A stretch of DNA of 64,000 nt from Pseudomaricurvus sp. (GTDB taxonomy: Bacteria > Pseudomonadota > Gammaproteobacteria > Pseudomonadales > Cellvibrionaceae), in contig NZ_CBFIHX010000002.1 in the NCBI RefSeq assembly GCF_965662505.1, forward strand, positions 1,948-65,947. Direction: 5' to 3'. Made by a program: the position numbers and the translations under genes. Of the stretch, positions 52,771-59,987 are shown piece by piece. The notes under the pieces are model-generated. The model did not search any database. It was not told where the DNA came from and was given only the letters and a program-made list of their open reading frames with translations. How positions within the stretch are numbered: the first letter of the stretch is position 1; each line of letters opens with the position of its first letter.

Positions 52771-53976
52771 ATGACGACCATTAAAAAAATTAGCTTGGCG
52801 CAGCTCAGGGTGGGGATGTATGTCACCCAGGTTGATAAAACCAGTGCTGCAGGTGCCAACCTCAGGGCACAGGGGCTGATTACTCGTGAAGATACCATTG
52901 AGCGGTTCCGCCAGCAGGGCATGCAGGAGTGTTTCATCGATACTGCCAAGGGAGATGATTGCCCCGAAGGTATTCCGCTGAAGCCGTTACGCAATCCTGT
53001 TGAGACACACTTTCCTCAGTGTGACGAAGATTTTCCAGTCCCAAGAGTTCCCTATGAAGAGGAGCGTGAAAACGCGATCAGAGTGCGCAATAAAGCCCTG
53101 ATGCTGGTTAGTGATGTCATGCACGATGTCAAAATGGGCCGCTCTGTTGATCGCTCAGCTGTCGATAATATTGCCTTGGATATCACCGAGTCGCTGGTGA
53201 ATAACCAAAATGCCTTGCTGAGCCTGATGTATATGGGCGAGAAAGACGAATACCTGTTGGAACACTCCATGAACGTGGCGGTGTTAATGGGGGTGCTGGC
53301 CCGTTCCTTGGGATATCGCGATGAAGAGCTTCACCATTTGGTGATGGGAGCTTTTGTTCATGATGTAGGGAAGATACGTGTGCCTGAAAGCATTCTCCAT
53401 AAACCGGGCAAGCTGGAACTGACCGAATGGGAAGAGATGAAGCGCCATGTGGATTACGGCATTGAAGCGTTAGAGGCGATTGATAACTTCCCGGAAATCG
53501 CGATGGCCATTTGTACTGAGCACCACGAACGGCTGGATGGCACTGGTTACCCATCCCGCAAGCCCGCGGCTCAGATCAGTCGGCAGGGGAGGATGGGGGC
53601 GGTGGTCGATGTGTATGATGCGATTACATCGGACAGGGTTTACCACAAAGGACTGGAGCCGAATGCGGCTTTGAAAAAAATGCTGGAGTGGAGCGGCGAC
53701 CATCTGGATCGTGAGCTTGTTTATCAGCTTATCCGCTGTGTGGGGGTTTATCCGGCTGGCTCTATGGTGCAGCTTGACTCTGGTCATGTGGGAGTAGTGC
53801 TGGAAGTCTGTACTCGTCAGCCCGCTCAGCCAAGATTAAAACTGGTGTATGACGGCAGGCGTCAGCTAAAAATGCAGGAGAAGATCATTAATCTGGCAGA
53901 TACCGATTTGTATGGCAATATCGCATCGGCAGTGGTTCCCTCGACATTTGGTTTGAATGCCAGGGATTATTTATAG
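52771..53976 (+). CDS. HD-GYP c-di-GMP phosphodiesterase with DUF3391-like N-terminus
   Basis: IKKISLAQLRVGMYV, EHSMNV, VHDVGK, HHERLDGTGYP, DVYDAITSDRVY. Confidence 0.92.
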   Translation: MTTIKKISLAQLRVGMYVTQVDKTSAAGANLRAQGLITREDTIERFRQQGMQECFIDTAKGDDCPEGIPLKPLRNPVETHFPQCDEDFPVPRVPYEEERENAIRVRNKALMLVSDVMHDVKMGRSVDRSAVDNIALDITESLVNNQNALLSLMYMGEKDEYLLEHSMNVAVLMGVLARSLGYRDEELHHLVMGAFVHDVGKIRVPESILHKPGKLELTEWEEMKRHVDYGIEALEAIDNFPEIAMAICTEHHERLDGTGYPSRKPAAQISRQGRMGAVVDVYDAITSDRVYHKGLEPNAALKKMLEWSGDHLDRELVYQLIRCVGVYPAGSMVQLDSGHVGVVLEVCTRQPAQPRLKLVYDGRRQLKMQEKIINLADTDLYGNIASAVVPSTFGLNARDYL

Positions 53977-53979
53977 CCA

Positions 53980-54025
53980 CCTTCGATATTGCAACCAACA
54001 GGCCTTCGATATTGCAACCAACAGG
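53980..54025. repeat. Perfect 23-bp tandem duplication
   Basis: CCTTCGATATTGCAACCAACAGG twice (53980-54002, 54003-54025). Confidence 0.92.
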
Positions 54026-54055
54026 CAGGCCGCCGGGTTTGGTTGCCACCATGTC

Positions 54056-54958
54056 TTAGCTTTCAGCCGAGGTTGAAGCTGAGCGCTTGGGATCAAACTG
54101 CTTGAGTTTGTTAAAGCGAATCATCCCCTGCAAGTCGTGAATGTACACTTCCCCTTTCTCTGAATATTTCTCCAGTCCTTCAGCCAGTGCGAGACTGTCG
54201 AGGGACTGTTTTTCTTGTCTGAAGTCAGCGCGTATTTCTCGAACTTTTTCATAGGCCGGGTGTGAATTAATGTTTAGCATATACGCGGCAACAGCAGCAT
54301 CCAGGCTGTCAAAACTCGCCACTTCATGTGTTGCGCCGGGGATTCGACGGCTGGGTACAACGCCGCAGCCAGCGGTAAAACACCACTGACCAAAATAGTT
54401 ATTGGCTTCTTTGGCAAAGCGGGAGCGTCCCCAGGCTGACTCCATCGCCGCTTGCGCCAAAGCCATCGACGGAGGGACTACGTCAATGCGGGTCATCAGG
54501 TCTTGAACAAGCTCTTTATCGGATAACTCTTCTGGTGCCCGGTATCTGAGAGCCCAGGTTTCCAGAGTCGCCTGTTGTCTGAGACTGAGGCTTTTGCCGT
54601 TCGTTTGGCGTTCAGCGATGTCCTGCAATTGCTGTCTCTGTTTGCTGATTTTTGCGTTTTGGCGAATGATCGCAGGCAAAAGTCGTTTGTAAAAGCTTTT
54701 CTTCAGTGCCGGAGTATCTTGTGGAATTGAGGGGATCTGAAGTGTCTCTGCGACCTGTTGATCTTCATCTTCCAGGGTTTCTCTGCGCGATGCACGAGAC
54801 TCTTCACGGGCCTGGCTTTTGATTTCATGAGAGGCTTTAAATTCTTCGGTGTTATGTAACCAGTGTTGTAAGAAAAACACTCCGGCCAGACAGAAACAGC
54901 TGAACGCGACAAACAGCCAGCCGAGCCAGACGTTTTTAGTGGATGGTGTGTTGCTCAT
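54056..54958 (-). CDS. Bax-like GH73 glucosaminidase-domain protein
   Basis: N-terminal TM; PPSMALAQAAMESAWGRSRFA, NNYFGQWCF, YMLNINSHPAY, GLEKYSEKG. Confidence 0.88.
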   Translation of the reverse strand: MSNTPSTKNVWLGWLFVAFSCFCLAGVFFLQHWLHNTEEFKASHEIKSQAREESRASRRETLEDEDQQVAETLQIPSIPQDTPALKKSFYKRLLPAIIRQNAKISKQRQQLQDIAERQTNGKSLSLRQQATLETWALRYRAPEELSDKELVQDLMTRIDVVPPSMALAQAAMESAWGRSRFAKEANNYFGQWCFTAGCGVVPSRRIPGATHEVASFDSLDAAVAAYMLNINSHPAYEKVREIRADFRQEKQSLDSLALAEGLEKYSEKGEVYIHDLQGMIRFNKLKQFDPKRSASTSAES

Positions 54959-55083
54959 GAAAAACCTCAAAATGACTGTTGAATACTAGTGTCGGGACAG
55001 CGCAGCGTTGTCAGGCTACGCCCAATGACAAAACGGGTAGGTGAGTGGCGATGTTCTCGAAATGGCAAATGTTATTAATGCGT

Positions 55084-55767
55084 TTATAACCCCAGATCTT
55101 TGCGCAGGGACGCCAGTCGCTCGAGGTTTTCATCCTTGCTCAACGGTGTTTCGGTTTTTTCCGGCAGGCGTTTAATCTCAGGAGGCGGCAGGGTTTCACC
55201 GCGGACCACCCGATCACACAAGGTTCGATAGTGATCGCGGAACACGGGAAAGGCTACGCGCTCAATATTGCTGTTCAGGAAATACCAGTCGCTGAGCTTG
55301 CCGGCGTGATAAACCGCGGGGTGGCTCCAGTTGAATTCGGCTTTCGGGCTGGGTGCCTGACAGGCTTCGATGTAGGCACTGTGCACATCGGGCAGGCCAT
55401 GAAGCGCCGGTGAACCCTGACAGAAGCCAATCATCTTGTGCAGGGTGGGCAAGTACTCAGATTCTTCAATCGCTTTTTTGGCGCCGCGCAAAATGGCGTC
55501 AGGGCTAAAGCGTTGCAGGGATTCCACCCACAGGCGCTTGGCTTGATTGAGTGTCGTGACATCGCCAAACGCGCTGTGATACTGGTTGTGGTAATTAATC
55601 CGGAACAGGGCAAACACCTGGTTGATGGCATCAATCAGTTCAGAAGAGGGAGCTCGTTCGCCGTGATTTTGCGAGGAATCAGAAGGCCCAGCTGCGGTCG
55701 TTGAGGTCTTCTGCGATCGAGCGATCTCTTGTTCTACTTGGCTGAGTAGTTGCTTGCTGTCCTTCAT
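55084..55767 (-). CDS. Lambda P-like replication protein (candidate helicase loader, DopE-like)
   Basis: AKRLWVESL, YLPTLHKMIGFC, GLPDVHSAY, WSHPAVYHAG and RVVRGETLPPP parallel the lambda P motifs recalled as FLPSPGQFVAWC, GLPN and RINRGEAIPEP. Confidence 0.8.
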   Translation of the reverse strand: MKDSKQLLSQVEQEIARSQKTSTTAAGPSDSSQNHGERAPSSELIDAINQVFALFRINYHNQYHSAFGDVTTLNQAKRLWVESLQRFSPDAILRGAKKAIEESEYLPTLHKMIGFCQGSPALHGLPDVHSAYIEACQAPSPKAEFNWSHPAVYHAGKLSDWYFLNSNIERVAFPVFRDHYRTLCDRVVRGETLPPPEIKRLPEKTETPLSKDENLERLASLRKDLGL

Positions 55768-56908
55768 GATTTCGACCTTGTGGGGCGTTGACGGTAGACG
55801 AACTCAAAGAGTGTCGTTTGGCCCAGTGAAATTTAACGTGTTGCAAAAATTTGGTGTTCCACGACGCGTAGACCTGGTTGCTGTCGCGCCAGAAGATTAA
55901 AAATTCCGGGAGCAGTTGTTGGGCAAAGCTGACATCGATGTTGGCCATGCGCAAAATGTCGTAGACATCACTGCCAGGTTGCCAGTTCTCCGGGATCCGG
56001 CGCGGTTCGCTGTCGTGCTCGAGCGCAGAGGTGTATCTGGCCCACTGACGCCGAATGTGCTGGATAAATTTGGTGTTCCAGGTGCGTGATCGCTCGCCGC
56101 GCTCTGCCCAGTAGAGAATGAATTCCGGAATCGCATCCTCGATAAACTGGGGATGAATCGCGGCGTGTCGTGTGAGCACATCCATGGCGTCAGGACTGGG
56201 TCGCCAGTCTCGGGTCATGGCCACTTCGCTGTCTTTTTGAGTGGTAAAGGTTTCACGCTGACGCCACTGATGTAAAACATGCTGATGGAACTTGGCGCCC
56301 CAGGAGCGATGCGCCTCACCGCTTTCCCGCCAGAAGGTGACAAACTCCGGCAGTTGCTCGCGAATAAAGTGCTCGGGAATGTTGTGCTGTGCAATGCGTG
56401 CCAGCATTTCTGCATCCGGCTGCCAGTTGGGGGCAATGGCGGTGGCGCCCACGGCGACTGACGGACGTGGCTGTCGTGATGGGTGATGCTGGGGCTGGGA
56501 CTGAATCGGGGGCTGAAAACCGTTGTTGCTCTGTGGCTGGTGTTGAGGCTGGTGTACCGGCGCTTGCGGATTACTCCCGGCTTCGGGTTGAACGTTTGCC
56601 TGGGGTTCGTTAAACGCAAAGATCAGTTGCTGGCTCTGCACAAACGGAGCCGATTGCAGCAACAGGATGCCTTTGGCCCGCAGGTTCTGACTGATGCGGT
56701 TGATGTCGTGCTGATTCCAGAAAGGTAGCGCGACGTACAGGGTCTGATCGTTCAATTCAAACCAGCGGAAGCCCTGACTGTCTACCGGTTGCAGCGGTCG
56801 GGTCAGTTCGTCCAGAACGCTGAGCATAGTGGCTTCCTCCAGGCCGATGGTGGCGGCCAGAGACGGAGAAACCAGAATAGGGCGTTCGGGGATCAGAGAT
56901 GATGTCAT
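55679..56908 (-). CDS. Lambda O-like / triple DnaT-like ssDNA-binding domain protein (DopC-like)
   Basis: Putative wHTH-like N-terminus, Q/P-rich linker, three W-x-P...PEF-x-x-[FY]W...W-x-x-KF-x-QH repeats, tail ending EDLNDRSWAF. Confidence 0.8.
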   Translation of the reverse strand: MTSSLIPERPILVSPSLAATIGLEEATMLSVLDELTRPLQPVDSQGFRWFELNDQTLYVALPFWNQHDINRISQNLRAKGILLLQSAPFVQSQQLIFAFNEPQANVQPEAGSNPQAPVHQPQHQPQSNNGFQPPIQSQPQHHPSRQPRPSVAVGATAIAPNWQPDAEMLARIAQHNIPEHFIREQLPEFVTFWRESGEAHRSWGAKFHQHVLHQWRQRETFTTQKDSEVAMTRDWRPSPDAMDVLTRHAAIHPQFIEDAIPEFILYWAERGERSRTWNTKFIQHIRRQWARYTSALEHDSEPRRIPENWQPGSDVYDILRMANIDVSFAQQLLPEFLIFWRDSNQVYASWNTKFLQHVKFHWAKRHSLSSSTVNAPQGRNHEGQQATTQPSRTRDRSIAEDLNDRSWAF

Positions 56909-57057
56909 GGGCGAACTTTAGCATTTTCTGGCGGATGAGTCGCTAGTGTCAGAAGACCCCAGGGTGGTTCGTGTCGGGTCTGGCAGGTACTATTCGGGTC
57001 ACACAGACTGGTCGGGTTATACAGACTGGATACGGACATGATTTTTCTGAGGATACC

Positions 57058-58434
57058 ATGGTGGCAAAAAGCAAAACCGCCTATGTCTGCAGCGAGTGCG
57101 GTGCAGATTTTACCAAATGGCAGGGGCAGTGCAGCGAATGCGGCAGCTGGAACAGCTTGTCGGAAGTTCGGCTGGGGCCCACTCCGGCCAATCGCACGGA
57201 GAAATTCACCGGTTATGCGGGCGCGGCGGGAGTTGCCCCTGAGATCCAGACGTTGGCCGAGATTGATCTGGAAGCCCTGCCGCGTTTTTCCTCTGGAGCG
57301 GGTGAATTTGACCGTGTGCTGGGGGGCGGGCTGGTGCCGGGTTCCGTGGTGTTGATCGGTGGCAATCCGGGAGCTGGTAAGTCCACACTTCTTCTGCAGA
57401 CTATGTGCTTTCTGGCGTCAGGCCGAGAGTCACTCTACTGTACCGGGGAGGAGTCCCTGCAGCAGGTGGCCATGCGAGCCAAGCGTCTGGGGTTGCCGAC
57501 CGACAAGCTGAAAATGTTGTCGGAAACCAGTGTGGAGTCGCTGGTGGCCACCGCACAGAAGCTGCAACCCAAAGTCATGGTGGTGGATTCCATCCAGGTC
57601 ATGCACATGGCCGATATCCAGTCTGCACCGGGTTCCGTCTCTCAGGTGCGGGAGAGCGCTGCCTACCTGACGCGCTTTGCCAAGCAGACCGGCACAGTGC
57701 TGATCTTGGTAGGCCATGTCACCAAAGACGGCAGTTTGGCCGGTCCCAAGGTACTGGAGCATATGATTGACTGTTCCATTTTGCTGGAAGGTACCCACGA
57801 TTCCCGTTTCCGTACTCTGCGGGGCAGCAAAAACCGCTTTGGTGCGGTGAATGAGCTGGGGGTGTTCGCCATGACCGAGCAGGGTTTAAAGGAAGTCAGT
57901 AATCCCTCGGCCATCTTCCTGCAGCGCGCCGATGAGATTGCCGCGGGCTCCGTGGTTATGGTGGTGTGGGAAGGTACTCGCCCATTGCTGGTGGAAGTTC
58001 AGGCGCTGGTGGATGACAGCCATCAGGGCAATCCGCGGCGGGTGGCTGTGGGGCTGGATCAGAACCGCCTGAACATGCTGTTGGCGGTGCTGCATCGTCA
58101 CGGTGGTGTATTGATCGGTGATCAGGACGTCTTTATCAATGTGGTCGGCGGTGTGCGGGTGATGGAAACCAGTGCAGATCTGGCCCTGCTGCTGTCGGTG
58201 GTGTCGAGCTTTCGCAATCGCCCTCTGGGGCACGATTTGATGGTCTTCGGTGAGGTGGGGCTGTCCGGTGAGATTCGTCCGGTGCCCAGTGGTCAGGAGC
58301 GCTTGCGGGAAGCGGCCAAACACGGCTTTAAAACCGCAATAATGCCTGCCGGAAATGCTCCGAGGGAGACTATTCCCGGCATTAAAGTGATTGCCGTCAA
58401 AACCTTGCAGGAGGCTGTGGCGGCTATCGACTAA
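57058..58434 (+). CDS. radA: DNA repair protein RadA/Sms
   Basis: C4 zinc finger, GGNPGAGKST, KNRFG, Lon-like C-terminus. Start is ATG 57058 or GTG 57061. Confidence 0.98.
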   Translation: MVAKSKTAYVCSECGADFTKWQGQCSECGSWNSLSEVRLGPTPANRTEKFTGYAGAAGVAPEIQTLAEIDLEALPRFSSGAGEFDRVLGGGLVPGSVVLIGGNPGAGKSTLLLQTMCFLASGRESLYCTGEESLQQVAMRAKRLGLPTDKLKMLSETSVESLVATAQKLQPKVMVVDSIQVMHMADIQSAPGSVSQVRESAAYLTRFAKQTGTVLILVGHVTKDGSLAGPKVLEHMIDCSILLEGTHDSRFRTLRGSKNRFGAVNELGVFAMTEQGLKEVSNPSAIFLQRADEIAAGSVVMVVWEGTRPLLVEVQALVDDSHQGNPRRVAVGLDQNRLNMLLAVLHRHGGVLIGDQDVFINVVGGVRVMETSADLALLLSVVSSFRNRPLGHDLMVFGEVGLSGEIRPVPSGQERLREAAKHGFKTAIMPAGNAPRETIPGIKVIAVKTLQEAVAAID

Positions 58435-58494
58435 GGGTTTGTTGAGGGGCTTTCCGGCTTACTCAGAACTCATCGTTTACAGGGATCATCGTTC

Positions 58495-58881
58495 TCAGAG
58501 CTCATCGTTGTCCGTGAGGATGTTCTCCAAGGTGCGGTGCATCTCTGATGGCCGCTGGTTGCGTCCCACCAGCTCCCGCAGTCGGGACTGGTGGTCAATG
58601 CTGTTGGCGCGACACTCAACCCCAATAAAGTGATTCTTCTGATGGGCAATCTTGCCGTGCATCTTGATGGGGTCACCGTCGTCAGTTTCCAGTGTGAGTA
58701 CGATTTCCTCTCCCTGATCTACCTCGTATCTGTGGATCAAAGCCACCAAAGCGCCGTTGAACGACAGGTCGATGATGTGCACAGGCCATTTTTGGTGGGT
58801 GGTAATCATAGAAGCATGGCCGCGAAAGCCTACCCGAGGGAAGTATCGACGCTCCTGTGATTTCATACCGACTACGGTCAT
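58495..58881 (-). CDS. Stand-alone PilZ-domain protein (diverged MapZ-like paralogue)
   Basis: RxxxR (RRYFPR) and DxSxxG (DLSFNG). Confidence 0.88.
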   Translation of the reverse strand: MTVVGMKSQERRYFPRVGFRGHASMITTHQKWPVHIIDLSFNGALVALIHRYEVDQGEEIVLTLETDDGDPIKMHGKIAHQKNHFIGVECRANSIDHQSRLRELVGRNQRPSEMHRTLENILTDNDEL

Positions 58882-58973
58882 TCTGCCTCCTCGTGGGTGT
58901 TGGTCATGATGTTTTCGATAGGTAAGTGAGATAGTTAAGTTTTAGAGAACCATGCTTTAGATAACCGCATAAA

Positions 58974-59375
58974 TCAGTCGGGATTAATCAGCGCATGCAG
59001 CTCGCGATCGGCAGCCTCGGAATCTCCCAGGTTCAGCTCGATGAGTCTGCGCAGGTGACTCAGGCTAACCGGGTCAATGCGCTCTACGATAAACCCCATC
59101 CAGCCTTCCTTGCGCCAGGACAAACGTGCCACCAGCTCAATGAGCGAGTCATCGGACAGGGCAATGGTGACATCCACCGGCAGGTTTTCATCCAGTGAGC
59201 AGTGCTCTGGCTCAGTAATCAGCAAGCCTTTCATCGAGATGTCCAGCAACTGGCTGGGCCAGCGCAGGGTGTCCTGTTGGATCGAGGTGTCGGCATCAAA
59301 AGGAATTCGGCTGAAGCGTCTGCGTTCAGAGTGACTGGTTCCGGATTTTGGGTCGCTTGCTGGGGGTGTGGCCAC
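58974..59375 (-). CDS. Stand-alone PilZ-domain protein, MapZ (PA4608)-like
   Basis: ERRRFSRIPFDAD, DISMKG, SLSHLRRLIELNLGD; near radA, as in Pseudomonas. Confidence 0.9.
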   Translation of the reverse strand: MATPPASDPKSGTSHSERRRFSRIPFDADTSIQQDTLRWPSQLLDISMKGLLITEPEHCSLDENLPVDVTIALSDDSLIELVARLSWRKEGWMGFIVERIDPVSLSHLRRLIELNLGDSEAADRELHALINPD

Positions 59376-59590
59376 GATCGGTTGCCCTATTTATTAGTGT
59401 GCTTGTTTCCTCTTAGTGTAGAAGCCTTTTAATCGACGACAGGATTTTTTTGAGGCCAATTGCACGCAGTTCGCAGTTTTTGTGGTTTGGAATTCATATT
59501 CGACCAGCCTGAAAGCTGCATTTCTGTGAGCGTTTATGTCAATTCAAGGTGGGTTTTCACTGCTTTATTGATATAAACGCTCATCAAGTC

Positions 59591-59619
59591 TTGACTAAAC
59601 AATGGGTGAACCTTAGTCT
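59591..59619 (+). promoter_or_regulatory. Sigma-70 promoter of the btu leader
   Basis: TTGACT-N17-TAGTCT, 7 nt before the riboswitch P1 strand. Confidence 0.7.
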
Positions 59620-59626
59620 GCGCGGC

Positions 59627-59776
59627 GTTATTAAAGGTGCTTGGTGACCGGTTTTCCGGAAGCTGAGGTAAACGGGAAGAGTGGTGCGCTCGGTCACACG
59701 AGTTATGCCAACGCTGCCCCCGCAACGGTGATTGATCTGTCAGCAGATCATAAGCCCGATACCGGCCTTGAATAAC
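59627..59776 (+). ncRNA. Cobalamin riboswitch aptamer
   Basis: P1 GTTATTAAAGG pairs with CCTTGAATAAC; core motifs AACGGGAA, CTGCCCCCGCAACGGT and AAGCCCGATAC; upstream of btuB. Confidence 0.9.
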
Positions 59777-59987
59777 TCACGTTGCCCGGCTCACCGGATC
59801 AACGTGCTTAACGATGAAGCGGAGGGCTTTATCGGTAGGATTCGAGGCTATCCTTTCCTTATATCAGCATAAGCCGGTATAAAAACAGCCTCCTTCCCTG
59901 CTCTTTGTCCTCCCTCAATCACGTCATTACTGCCGCAATACCCTCTGAACCTTTCAAGCAGAGGCCGGCAAAAGATTGGGGAACACC

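Noticed and set aside
55084-56908. Prophage call for the O/P-like genes
   Set aside because: No integrase, immunity, structural or lysis genes and no att sites; flanks are housekeeping genes.
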